A stretch of 63,116 bases of DNA, counting the filler, from Craspedostauros australis (Eukaryota): assembly GCA_030167865.1 (NCBI GenBank). It is 8 parts of 8 records of this genome, joined end to end, with 100 filler letters (N's around TTAATTAATTAA, not from the genome) between each part and the next. Parts side by side here need not be neighbours in the genome. Positions count along the whole stretch, not along the records: positions 1 to 25,849 come from JALAGF010005295.1; positions 25,950 to 33,624 come from JALAGF010005297.1; 6 more parts are not named here. One strand, given 5' to 3'. Numbering within the stretch: the stretch's first letter is position 1; each line of letters begins with the position of its first letter. Below, one piece after another: positions 21,741 to 33,724 of the stretch. Under the pieces are notes generated by a model. That model was not told the DNA's origin, did no database searches, and saw nothing but the letters and a program-made list of their open reading frames with translations. The position numbers and the translations under genes are program-made.

Positions 21741-22700
21741 ATGAACACAACCATGAATGCTAACACGAGCATGGACACCGACACAAACACACCTATGAAC
21801 ACTACTACGACCACAACCACAACCACAACCACAATCAGGAACACACTGATGGCCACGGGCACAGCAGCGCACAAAACTCCAACACCTAATCCCCGCGTTC
21901 AGAAAATCCAAAGGTTGGTCAACCACGCAGGCTTCTTCGTCGAGACACAGCAATATGCAAACGCCATCCTGTACTACAGCAAGTGCCTTGAGGCATCTTA
22001 CTCATGCTCTACCGACAGCAGTTCTTCCATCACCGGTCGCACCGACTGCGAAGTCTTCAACGCCATCGATACCCAAGATAGTTGGCCACAGCTGCATCAG
22101 GACCGCCCTGGAGACGATTGCGCCACTCCCCCAGACTGCCGAGGCCCATTGTCACCTTCGATCGAGGCTGCTCATCATCAACCATCGATTGACACCGCCA
22201 ACGTCGCAAACAGCGCCATCAGCGCCATCAACAACATCAGCGAGATCGCCACAGTCTACCAGCAGCCAATGCGATTCGATCTCCACGCTGATATCTGTGC
22301 AGGACCAGGACGCCCACCATTCTATGGTGTCATCATGTTCAACCTGGCCCTATCGTATCAGCTTCAGGGCATGTACATGCATCAGGCCGCTGAGAGGAGT
22401 CGGCACCTGCAAAAGGCATGCCGGCTTTACAGTCTGACACTAGACGTGCACGCCGTGGAGTGCGATGAACATTCGACATCCTGCGACTTCCTGGTTTTGG
22501 TCACCCTGAACAATCTGGCACTCACCCACCAGTCCTTGGGTCAACTGAGCCAGGCAGACGGCTGCTACGACGACATGATCTCGCTGTCGTTATGCTACCT
22601 GCTCCAAGGCACACCGCACCAAATCCCGTACTTTGATGACTTCTTTCGCAACGCATGGATCGGCAAGGCGTGGTCCAAGACGCCTGCACCGGCCGCATGA
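21741..22700 (+). CDS. TPR-like helical protein of unknown function
   Basis: 319-aa ORF with IMFNLALSYQL, LQKACRLYSL, LVTLNNLALTHQSLGQ and a C-terminal APAA. I recognise this pattern from expanded diatom families. Confidence 0.72.
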   Translation: MNTTMNANTSMDTDTNTPMNTTTTTTTTTTTIRNTLMATGTAAHKTPTPNPRVQKIQRLVNHAGFFVETQQYANAILYYSKCLEASYSCSTDSSSSITGRTDCEVFNAIDTQDSWPQLHQDRPGDDCATPPDCRGPLSPSIEAAHHQPSIDTANVANSAISAINNISEIATVYQQPMRFDLHADICAGPGRPPFYGVIMFNLALSYQLQGMYMHQAAERSRHLQKACRLYSLTLDVHAVECDEHSTSCDFLVLVTLNNLALTHQSLGQLSQADGCYDDMISLSLCYLLQGTPHQIPYFDDFFRNAWIGKAWSKTPAPAA

Positions 22701-24333
22701 AGCTCCCAGACAATAGACTTGCTCTCGTCCTCGTACCTTACCCTAATTGATCTACTCTAGACCAGTCTACTCGTAAGCACGCCCCTCCGTCCGTATCAAC
22801 GCCTGCAAAGATCTCTACTCACGCACGATGTCCAAACCAGCCACGCATGCAAATCTTGAAGACGAGAGACAAGCATGGGGCTCCTGTACCCCGCATGGGG
22901 GAAGGCGTGAAGGCAAGCACAGCTTGCATGCCAACCCGTGTGGCTCGTGCATAGAAGATGCGGGAGCGTGTTGACAATCCTTGTGCAAAAATGGCACCGG
23001 ATAGCGGCAACCATGCCCGAAGCGGCGTATTGGGATATGTCGGTAAGGCACACCACGACCCACTGGAACCACCCAACACTGCCCACTCTCAATTCTCAAG
23101 ACAAAAGTAGGATTCTCACCAGGCCCGTATGACATTTATTTGGGTAGAGAATGCTGTATCCCATTCTCAATCAACAAAAGACACATCTTCTGTTCCGCCA
23201 GACTTTTGTCATTGAAGGTACGTCTGGGGCAACCGCTTCTCTGTGCTCCTCGTTGACCCTTTTGCCTTTGGGTGCATCGCAACGAAACGAGCCTCTGCAA
23301 CTAAGACGACTACTCGTAGGGAGGTACCGCCTGGACCGTCCGGTACTTGGATTAGTCATGGATAAAATCGACGGACAGACCGCCATCAGAACTTCATGAC
23401 GTTTCGAATTGAGTCCCGCGTAACCCTGTTCTGTCTTCAAGCAATAATTTGAATAGTAACGGACGTTATATTGACGTTCCGCATGTCGGTCTTATTCCAT
23501 GTTAGATAGCACGGCTGGCGTGTTTCTGAATGATTCAGAATCAGACTCCGATTCAGAACGGATTCAGACTTTCAGAACCGATTCAGAACGGAGTCAGAAC
23601 TTCAGAACTTCTGACTTTTTCCATTCTGATTCTGAATCGAGAGTGTCTCCCCCAGTGATCGTCGCGGGGGCTTTGCTGCGACATCAACAACACGACCACG
23701 AGCCAAACCATCTTGGCACCAAAAAAGATGTCATAGCTGATGTGATGACGAGGGCTACCATGTTGCTCTACTCAGTATTCTGTTCTTTGGTGGAATGTTA
23801 TCTTGTCAGCCATCGAAAATTGAAGAGTACGTACTTGCAACCTGATGAGTGAAGAGTTGCAAGCATGCAGCAACAGAAACAGAGACAATGAAGTAGCTAT
23901 CGATTATTTGCGTGTGGGTGCTTGGAAGCAAACAACGAAGAAGCGGCTGTTGTGTTACCAACTTGTCATGTTACGAAGGCGTTAGTAGATGTTATGCGCC
24001 ATGTTTCAAATAACGACAATCTTGTGCAGAACTTGACTTGCATCCGCGACAGCATTCAGACTTTCAGGGACACCCGGCAAAATGGGTCGAATTAGTCTAT
24101 CTTGGAGGCTACTGACCCAGCCAATCAAAACTCGTTGTTTTGGCGATGACAAAAGATCCCACATGAGGAATGTTCTCGAATCAAATTTTCGCTCTCAGGA
24201 ACTCTTTGAAGGTCTTAGCTTCCAGTTTTATTTATGGGTATTTCATGGAGAAACTCCGAAAATGACTCTGCAATACTGTCCCTTGATTTAATCCCGACCA
24301 GTCGTGCGAAAACCGAACCCTCGATTTTAATAG

Positions 24334-24487
24334 CCGTCATTCGATTTATTTATCCGTCATTCGATTTAAATATCCGTCATTTGATTTATTTATCCGTCAT
24401 TCGATTTAAATATCCGTCATTCGATTTATTTATCCGTCATTCGATTTAAATATCCGTCATTCGATTTATTTATCCGTCACTCGATTA
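24334..24487 (+). repeat. 20-bp tandem array, ~8 units, alternating TATCCGTCATTCGATTT-ATT / -AAA
   Basis: Read directly; the alternation gives a 40-bp higher-order period. Confidence 0.95.
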
Positions 24488-25407
24488 AATTAGCTATCAA
24501 TCCATTGTCTTCACGGGACACCATTGACACTATCGGACTAGTTCGACTAAACGAGGTTTTCGTCACATCGCCACTGATGACACGAAAACAGACCAACAGA
24601 CCANNNNNNNNNNNNNNNNNNNNNNNNNNNNNNNNNNNNNNNNNNNNNNNNNNACGAAAACAGACCAACAGACCACGAATACAAAGACGGGGCTTGATGA
24701 GAGCAACACATGATGCCCCCGCGCTCGTTTCGGATGGTCAAGCCAGGCAAAACCACTCCACAACATCAAGTATCAACGTAGTGTAGCGAACGCGATACAA
24801 ATGCAATACACACTGATACATGCATGTGTTGCATCCTANNNNNNNNNNNNNNNNNNNNATGTCATGCTCATTTCGTCTGTTCTGCACTTGGTTTTGCGGT
24901 ATCAGTGAAGGTGTCTCTTTGTTCGAAGGGTAGTCGCATTGTATTTCTCTGTGCATTGCTCACAAATCCTGCCGTTCACCACAAACAATCGCCATGAGAT
25001 TCCCCCTGCCCCACGCTTCCTCCTTCCAACAAAGCAAAGCCGCTGGCACGAGCGGCAGCCATACCATTCCAATGGCTCTCTCCCGTTCCTCTTCTTCCAA
25101 TACAGTACCAAATGGACAACAGATCAGAACTCTTCAAGGTTGACCACGAACTCTTTGCACAGTCTGCTTCNNNNNNNNNNNNNNNNNNNNNNNNNNNNNN
25201 NNNNNNNNNNNNNNNNNNNNNNNNNNNNNNNNNNNNNNNNNNNCACTCCAACTCCACACTCGTCTCTGTTGTGATCCGTCCAGAGCAGGGCAGAGTCGAG
25301 GAGAGCCACCATTTCGTGGTTTGCTTGCGTGACCAAGTGCACTTGATTAGTTCGATCACTTGCCGGCCTTGTCTTCTTGGGTCACGAGTGACAAACTTTG
25401 TGCGACT

Positions 25408-25513
25408 TATTTATCCGTCATTCGATTTAAATATCCGTCATTCGATTTAAATATCCGTCATTCGATTTATTTATCCGTCACTCGATTTATTTATCCGTCA
25501 TTCGATTTATTTA
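25408..25513 (+). repeat. Second array of the same 20-bp unit, ~5 units, same orientation
   Basis: Read directly. Confidence 0.95.
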
Positions 25514-25849
25514 GAATTAGAAANNNNNNNNNNNNNNNNNNNNNNNNNNNNNNNNNNNNNNNNNNNNNNNNNNNNNNNNNNNNNNNNNNNNNNNNNNNNN
25601 NNNNNNNNNNNNNNNNNNNNNNNNNNNNNNNNNNGGAGATTCGTTCTTCGCCAATCGTGGAATGTCAATTGCGGCCTTCTTGTGTCTGAGTGACAAAATT
25701 GGTTTTGGATGTCAAAGTAGTCGTACTAGTCGAAATACGTTTCCGTTGCTTTTTGCTGGGTGTCCCAGAATGGATTCAGAACAGAGTCAGAACGGATTCA
25801 GAACTTCAGAAGTTCTGATTCTGAATTCAGAATGAGCATTCTGATTCAG

Positions 25850-25949
25850 NNNNNNNNNNNNNNNNNNNNNNNNNNNNNNNNNNNNNNNNNNNNTTAATTA
25901 ATTAANNNNNNNNNNNNNNNNNNNNNNNNNNNNNNNNNNNNNNNNNNNN
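25850..25949. other. Artificial contig spacer N44-TTAATTAATTAA-N44 (also 33625-33724, 39294-39393, 42711-42810, 44278-44377, 57287-57386, 61365-61464)
   Basis: An identical 100-nt block with a six-frame stop linker occurs seven times. Confidence 0.97.
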
Positions 25950-26176
25950 GCTGTGGCTATCTCTGTCGCTGTTGTCGTTGCCGTCGCGACCACTCCATTT
26001 GATGAAGCGGCGAATTGTGTGCAGATGGCACTGCCCCTCCTTGTCTGCGGGTCGAAAGCCGCTGGCGCTGCGTTTGGACTCAACTCACAGGGAGAAACGG
26101 GAATAATGACAATTACCATAGGTCGCAAAATAGCTGAAGTGAAACACGTATGCCACAACGACTTGGAGTGACAAGC

Positions 26177-27050
26177 TGTTGGCAAGTTCCGGACCTCGGA
26201 AGCCTACGATCGTGGATAGTCATTCTGTTTGATATTTCATTACTTGAGCACTCCGATCCTCTTGATGTCTCTGTTCTCTTGCCCGATGCTCTTGGCGTAT
26301 CTGTCTGTTTCGTAGATTGGGTCTCCGACTACGAGTCAGTGCACAAGATGCTCTCTCGCTGCTATTCGTATTCTCTCTCTCTCTCTCTCAATGTTGTGTG
26401 TTCATGCTACACAATACTCTGTGTTCAATGTGTACTCCACATTCGACACTTCGTTCATTCACTACTGGCTTGCCACTCCATGAGTGCTTGCCACTTGAAC
26501 TCCTCCTCGTGTATCCACAATCTTGATGCCCTTTGGTCATCGAATCTTCACTTTCTGCTTCTGACATGGAGACAGATGTCGACGTGGTGACATGATGACA
26601 TCCTGTCGACTTCAGCTGTCGTCTTCCTGTTCCTCCAGATGTCACGTTCCATCGATGATGTCGATGGCTTGATGAGGATATTGTCATTTGAGGTTTTGTT
26701 GGGAAGTACATCGAGGCTCGCTCGATACCATACGTTTCCATTGATGGATGGACGGACGATCTTCCAATTCTCTCAGAAATCATTGATTGCAAATTTCCTC
26801 CAGAAATTCTCCTCATGTTTCTGTGTTCCATTTCCACTGTGGTTTTGCCAATTTACAGCATATTATCAACACGAATGTAGTTGTACCGTCCATACATGTA
26901 TAAGAGAATAGCAGGTGAACGATGCACATATACACGTACATCTCGACATATACTCACNNNNNNNNNNNNNNNNNNNNNNNNNNNNNNNNNNNNNNNNNNN
27001 NNNNNNNATACACGTACATCTCGACATATACTCACATGTACATCTCGACA
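26177..27050 (-). repeat. 3' LTR of copia family A, preceded by PPT ACAGGAAGGG (27060-27051)
   Basis: Starts TGTCGAGA directly after the purine tract and ends GCCAACA. Short tandem repeats of the terminal motif lie at 26930-27050, with a (TC)n tract at ~26372. Confidence 0.8.
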
Positions 27051-27070
27051 CCCTTCCTGTGTGCATTCGG

Positions 27071-30000
27071 TCATTCGAATGTTCTTGATGTATCAAGGTA
27101 CGACTTCTCGTGTTCACGTTGTAAGTCGGCCTTGATGTTCTTGGTGAATCTGTCGCTTGTGTTCTGCTCGGATTTAACGAAAATGATTTCGATGGTTTTG
27201 TTGATTACCATGTTCCTCACGTAGTGATGGCGCACGTCGATGTGCCGCGATCGTTGGGATGTTGATGGGTTCTTGGCGATGAAGATTGCTCCAATGTTGT
27301 CCATGCGGACCTTGATCGGCGTCTTCACTGGGACGCCCACACTTTCGAGTAGCTGCATGACGAAGAAGATCTCCTTTGCTGCTTCGGAAAGGTCAACGTA
27401 GTCTGCTTCGGATGAGCTGAGTGTGATGGCCTTCTGTGCCTTGGATCGCCAAAGGATTGGCACCTTGCACAGGTATAGGATGAATCCCCCTACGCTGATT
27501 CTCGTGTTCTTNNNNNNNNNNNNNNNNNNNNNNNNNNNNNNNNNNNNNNNNNNNNNNNNNNNNNNNNNNNNNNNNNNNNNNNNNNNNNNNNNNNNNNNNN
27601 NNGTATCGATCACATACTTGATGATCCGATACATCTCCTTCATTGCGGCCTTAGTGGGCCCGATCAATACCTTGGAGAGTTCCCTCACAGGGTTCGCGAT
27701 ATCTGGTCGCGAGTGCTTGATGAGAAAGAGCAGCATACCGACGCCTCGGCGGTATTCGGCATGTTCTTCCAGTCCGACCTTCTGTAGTCCGTTATCTTCG
27801 AATGGTCGTACGATGATTTGACCCGGGGTTCCCGGTGTCCCGTAGCGTTGCATCTTCTCAACCTTGGTTCCGAATTCTTCGATGAGATGTCGGATGAGGT
27901 GTGGTTGACGTAATGTTGCTTTGGTCTTGTCATGGTTCAGNNNNNNNNNNNNNNNNNNNNNNNNNNNNNNNNNNNNNNNNNNNNNNNNNNNNNNNNNNNN
28001 NNNNNNNNNNNNNNNNNNNNNNNNNNNNNNNNNNTTGGAGTCTCCGCAACAGAAGCAATCGTCCACGTAGATGGCCACGATCATGCTTCCTTCGTTCGTC
28101 TTCCTGTAGAACAGGCACAGGTCTGCTGCGCTCTGTTCGAAGTTAATATCCTTGAGGGTCGATACCAACATCTTGAACCATTGCCTGGCGCTCTGCACAA
28201 GTCCGTAGATTGGCTTGTGTAGGGTCAGGGCTTTGTCTGCTTGATGATCCATCCTGTTGGGACAGTTCATGTAGATCTCCTCGTTGAGGTCTCCATGTAG
28301 GAATGCCGTTACAACATCGACGAGTGCGCAGTCCATCTTCTTGATCAGCATGATCACCATCATGACCCAATAGGTCACGTCATGAATGACGGGTGAGTAG
28401 TACTCTTGGAAGTCTACTCCTGCAATTTGTGAGTAGCCACATGCAACGAACCGTGCTCGATGTGTGCCGTCGCGTTTCAGCTTGAAGACCCATTTGCACT
28501 TGCAGCATCTGCGGCCGCGTGGGATGGCGTCTCGTTTGATCTTGCTGTACACCTTTCGTGTGTTCATGGAGTCGAACTCCTTCTTGATGGCTGCTCGATA
28601 TCCCTTTCGATGGATGGGATCTGGATGATTGAAGGCTCCATCGAATGTTGTAGGTTCGATGTGCTTCTCTGGTTCCTTGTTCTCGTCCTGCATCGACAAT
28701 TCGATGTCGATCATTGGTGCCTCGGTGATGATTGCGTTCATCCCATATAGTCCAGTTGTGCTATGATGAGTGATTTCGATCTCTTCTTCATCTGCAATCT
28801 CTTCGTCATCTGTAGTTTCGTTGTTGGACTCGTCGGTTATCTCATCGCTGAGTTCGTCACTATCGTCATTGGATGATGACTTGCTCTCATAGCCTTCCTC
28901 CTTTCGACCTTGTTCGTTGAAGTCTGCGAGCTCACACAGAGCTCTGGGAATACTCTTCCCTGTAGTTGGCTTAGGATTAGCTTCTCCCTTCCTGTCTCGT
29001 GCTTCATGACGTCGGATTCTCTCCTTTCTAGCTATGTCACGCTTGCTTGGTTTGTTGGGTGGAGGTCTGGATGGTACGTTATGTGTAGACTTCGCTGGTG
29101 TATTCGGAGGAGTGACGCCTGTGTCATCGTCGGCTTCGTCGCCGGATGGTATGATCTCGTCATCCTCATGATTGGATTCGCTCCAATTTTCCTCGTCGTT
29201 GTGGATTAGTTGAGTCACTACTCCGTCGTCCTCATTATCCTCATCGTCGCTGTCCGATAGGATATAGTACCTGTTGCTGTCAGCGAAAGATNNNNNNNNN
29301 NNNNNNNNNNNNNNNNNNNNNNNNNNNNNNNNNNNNNNNNNTCGTCCTCATTATCCTCATCGTCGCTGTCCGATAGGATATAGTACCTGTTGCTGTCAGC
29401 GAAAGATACTCTCTTCGCTTCTGATACTTGACACGTTGCCGTCCTTGGCATTGCTCCCTTCCGTCCGATGGTTGTAAAGCCGTCTGCGTCCGTTGTTCCT
29501 ACTTCGTTGGATATGTTCGGTGCTGGTGCCCAGCCACGGAACTGTCCGTATGATTGGTTGAGTCACTTGATATCGCGTGAGCAGATCAGTGACTTGGTCG
29601 ATGGTCTGTACATGTTGTAGACCCCTGATGCATGTTGGTGTGCATATCCGATGAACACCATCTCTTCTCCTCTATTCTTGAGTTTAGCGGTGATCCCGCC
29701 GTAGGTAGTCTTCACAACACCCACCTCTCCGAATGTGCGGAGTGCATCTGCGTATGGTGGATCGTTGCCAAAGAATTGTCGATGTGGTGACTCCTTTTGA
29801 TTCTTCGCTACGGTGATGTTAGCGATGGCAGTGGCAGTGCTCGCAGCAGCTGCCCACAGGCCATGCCTATACTCTTCGTCGAGCTGTGCTCCATTGAGCA
29901 TGGAGCGGATCTTGGTATAGAGGTACGCGAACTTGCGTTCCACTCTGCCGTTCTGTTGCGGCGTGTTCGATGCCATGAATTCGAATTTCACGTTCAGTCC

Positions 30001-33000
30001 TGCATCGATGAGAATATCCTGCGTGGATTTGTTCTCTCCGCTGTTGTCACCTCGGAAGATGATCTGTTGGTCACCAGTCTGTGACTTGATCGTTTGGATG
30101 AATCGTTTGATGTACCCTGGTTGATCACTTTTGTTCTTGAGAAAGAAACTCCAGCAGTGATCCGTGCAGTTGTCCACGATCAGGGTCCAGTAGCGTTTAT
30201 CTCCGAAGCTTATGTGTTTAGTGTAACTAATGTCAATGAAGAGCCGTTCGCCGCGGCGAGTCGTTCTTGGAATGGTTGCCTTCGGGATGTTCTTCACTCT
30301 TGCGTTCGCGACTGCGCAGTCGCGACATACCGGCATCTCGCCGATGATCTTCCATCCGTATTGGGCGGCTGTCCGCTTCATGGTCTCGAGTGGCGCGTGG
30401 CCGAGCATTCGATGCAGATTCACCGCGCTGATCTCCTTGGATGGATTCTTGATGATGGCTGTGCAAGCCTTGTCGTCATCTGTTGGCATGATGGGATGCA
30501 TCTGCACTCCCGTGATGAATCTGTTGGATGTGGGGAAGACTCGGTCGAATACGATCTTCGTTCCGGATCCGTTGATGATGTCCATCAGAATGCCGTTGTT
30601 ACCAAGNNNNNNNNNNNNNNNNNNNNNNNNNNNNNNNNNNNNNNNNNNNNNNNNNNNNNNNNNNNNNNNNNNNNNNNNNNNNNNNNNNNNNNNNNNNNNN
30701 NNNNNNNNNNNNNNNNNNNNNNNNNNNNNNNNNNNNNNNNNNNNNNNNNNNNNNNNNNNNNNNNNNNNNNNNNNNNNNNNNNNNNNNNNNNNNNNNNNNN
30801 NNNNNNNNNTCCCACTTGGACGAATGACTTGATGTGCCGCACGTTGAAGAGAGCGGCGTCTGAATTGACGATGTGACACGAAGCTCCACTGTCAGCGAGC
30901 CAGGTGTCCTTGTTGACCTTGTCTTTGTATCGAGTGCTCAGCTCGTGGAGCTGCTCCACGGCGGCTGTAGCCATCTCATCCATGAGGCCGTCTGCCTCTT
31001 CATCTTCATGCACTCCNNNNNNNNNNNNNNNNNNNNNNNNNNNNNNNNNNNNNNNNNNNNNNNNNNNNNNNNNNNNNNNNNNNNNNNNNNNNNNNNNNNN
31101 NNNNNNNNNNNNNNNNNNNNNNNNNNNNNNNNNNNNNNNNNNNNNNNNNNNNNNNNNNNNNNNNNNNNNNNNNNNNNNNNNNNNNNNNNNNNNNNNNNNN
31201 NNNNNNNNNNNNNNNNNNNNNNNNNNNNNNNNNNNNNATAGTGCAAATCCAATTCGGAGAGTTCCTCCTCTTCGTTTGCTTGCAGTAGTCGGTTGAGGAT
31301 GGCTGCGTTTGCGAGGATCTCCTCAATTGATTTGAAGTTATCGGATAGGATGGTGCTTACCATGTTCACCCAAATGTATCGCAGTGGTTCGTTCACGAAC
31401 CCTGGGAACATTGGTAATGCAGCTGTTAGAACCGCATCGTAGATGAGCTGCTTCTGCATTCGTTTTGCAGTGACCGTTGGTTCCGGGAAGGTCTGGAGTC
31501 GGTAGATGTCGTCGACTCTTCTGGGATTTGGTTCCGGTGGGAATTGGATTCGGATTGGATAGACGACGTGTTCATACGGATTGAACGTATCGCTTGGACG
31601 GTCCTCAGCTTCGTCGCTGTCCTCTTCATCGAAGATGCCCGTTCTCTCGTTTCGCATTGCTGCTGGAGGCGGCGCCTCGGCGCGGTTCGCCCCGTCTCTG
31701 ATGGTGTCGTCGTCGTCTCCATCTGCGCTGTCCTCGTCGGCGTCTTCGTCTGAGCCGCTCTTGTCGGCGTCCTCGTTGTCTTCGCTCATTGCCTCTTCGA
31801 TGTCACTATCGATGGCTTCGCTGTCCATCTTGGCTGCGTCGCCGTATGAACCGATCAGGTCGTGCGCGTTGAAGCAGCATTCGTAGCTCACTTCGCGTCT
31901 TGGATCCACCTCGTGGATGATTGGCTCCTCACTGAGCCACTCAGGAACGATCTCATCGTCCTGTACTTCGTCGTCACTTCCGACGTATTCGAAGTTATCG
32001 AAGAAGGAGTCTTCAATGTAGTCGTCGGACACCAACATGCAGAGCAGCATGTCTTTCGCCAAGAGTACCATCTCGTGCCCGCTCTTGTCGTGTCCTTCCG
32101 TTGCCGCGTTGGCTTGTTCGTTGTTCTTCTTCTTCTCGTTGAACTTCTTCTTTTGGCACTCCGCCTCGCGATGTCCGAAGATGCCACAGTAGTTGCACTT
32201 CCCGTTGAAGCCGCTTCCCTTGTTGCGGTTGTTGTTGCGCTTTCCGTTCATCTTGTTGTTGTTGTTGTTTTTCTTGTTGTTCGATTTCTTNCGTTCTGGN
32301 CAATCGGCGGATCTNTGACCATACACNCCACAGTTGTGGCAAGTACCCTTGAAGTTACCGGTGCTCGTGAAGCCGGTGTCGTTGCTCTTCGTGTTGCTGT
32401 CTTGGAAGTCGTCGATGTACGCTTTGCCTCCTTTGTGAGTGGCGTATGCAGTGCGGAGTACTCCTCTGATCGTGTTGATGGTAATCAGTTCCGGATTGTA
32501 CGTGAGTTGATGTTGGAAGTTCACAATGTGTGTACTGTACTCGTTGCTCACCGTGCTGAGGATTTGCATGATCATTTCCTCGTCCGTGATCTCGTACTTG
32601 ACATCGTGAAGACGCGAGCGTAGACCCTCGAGTCGTGTGATGTAGATGTCTGGGTCCGTGTCTCTCTTTATCTTTTCGTTGTTGAATTGGCGCTTGAGTT
32701 TGATCTTCGTCACCGCGTCGGATGGTCGGAACTTCTCCGCGAGAACGTTCCACGCTGCGTGTGCGTCTCCTTCGGGGTAGTCGTCGGAGATGCATTGGTT
32801 GATGTATTGGATGGCCTGCTTGCCTTTTCCTTTCTCTGCATCCATCATGAGGATCAGATCGCTGAAGCAGTCACATCCCAGCTCGTAGATCTCTTCCATC
32901 GCTTCCTTGGCTTCACCGGCGGCTGCCGCGATCTTGCTCACTGTTGGCACCTTAGTCTTGCCCAACATCACGTCTCTCGTCTTCTGTGCACGAGCGTATG

Positions 33001-33536
33001 CCTTTGCTTGGGACTCCCATGCGCTATAGTCTTCCTGTNNNNNNNNNNNNNNNNNNNNNNNNNNNNNNNNNNNNNNNNNNNNNNNNNNNNNNNNNNNNNN
33101 NNNNNNNNTTCATGTTGGCTGATGTCGCCATGTTGATTCGTTGTTTCGTTGTCGGTGCGCTCGCGCCCTTGATTTCCGTCTGTTTCTGTGTTGTCGATTC
33201 TTCGTTTTTCGCTTGTTGTTTCGCGAGGGTTGATTTGCTCACAAATTCTCCTCCTGGTGGTNNNNNNNNNNNNNNNNNNNNNNNNNNNNNNNNNNNNNNN
33301 NNNNNNNNNNNNNNNNNNNNNNNNNNNNNNNNNNNNNNNNNNNNNNNNNNNNNNNNNNNNNNNNNNGCAGACCGTTCTTCTTCGGTCTCGTCGATCGCGC
33401 TTGCGTCTGCGCCTGATAGGACAGTAGCCGCGGCTGCTTCCTTCTCTTCTTGTGGTGGAGTCTCACTCGCACCTTCTTCTTGTTTGATAGTCGGGTTGGA
33501 CAGAGGGATGTCTTTCAATTCCTCTTCCTCGCTCAT
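27071..33536 (-). pseudogene. Copia gag-pol polyprotein with nonsense mutations
   Basis: Two CCHC knuckles, protease WLADSGASCH, LHRMLGH...CRDC, integrase RLFID...TPQQNGRVER, RT KWVFKLK...AIYVDDC, and RNase H ITLSSSEA...DNIGAI...HIDVRHH. In-frame stops at 29563-29565 and ~29219. Confidence 0.9.
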
Positions 33537-33724
33537 TCAACTTGTTGCTCTTGAATGATGTTCGTCTTCCTCGCACGATCCGATCCGCGGGCTCGCCCTG
33601 ATCTATCGTTTATAAACGTGTTGGNNNNNNNNNNNNNNNNNNNNNNNNNNNNNNNNNNNNNNNNNNNNTTAATTAATTAANNNNNNNNNNNNNNNNNNNN
33701 NNNNNNNNNNNNNNNNNNNNNNNN

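Larger units (their letters stand above)
24068..25765. mobile_element. Non-autonomous TIR DNA transposon (Harbinger-like MITE) with a CAG target-site duplication
   Basis: TIRs GGACACCCGGCAAAA (24068-24082) and TTTTGCTGGGTGTCC (25751-25765) match at 14/15. CAG flanks both ends, and removing the element restores the TTCAGAA array. Confidence 0.8.
23523..25849. mobile_element. Putative outer non-autonomous element with TTCAGAA-rich palindromic arrays, interrupted by an inner TIR element; right end lost in the gap
   Basis: Related GATTCAGAAC/CTGATTCTGAA arrays at 23523-23638 and at 24054-24067 plus 25766-25849. No transposase ORF. Confidence 0.5.
26177..33624 (-). mobile_element. Ty1/copia LTR retrotransposon (family A), near full length; 5' LTR cut by the gap
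   Basis: Domain order gag-PR-IN-RT-RH. 3' LTR 27050-26177 (TG...CA) follows the PPT. The LTR end CCAACA recurs at 33624-33619. Confidence 0.93.

Noticed and set aside
23523..23638. GAA/TTC arrays as heat-shock elements
   Set aside because: The spacing is TTC-n-GAA (1 nt), not the 2-nt spacing of nGAAn inverted repeats.
24334..25513. 20-bp repeats resembling a CRISPR array
   Set aside because: Units are head-to-tail with no unique spacers, there are no cas genes, and the context is a eukaryotic TIR element.
25894..25905. Recurrent TTAATTAATTAA as a biological motif, and gene/TE adjacency across it
   Set aside because: It is always centred in 44+44 Ns, so it is an assembly linker. Neighbourhoods across these joins are not evidence.
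29563..29565. Alternative genetic code (TGA = Trp)
   Set aside because: Intact host genes end in TGA (17996, 22700, 49765), and TGG encodes their conserved Trp residues.
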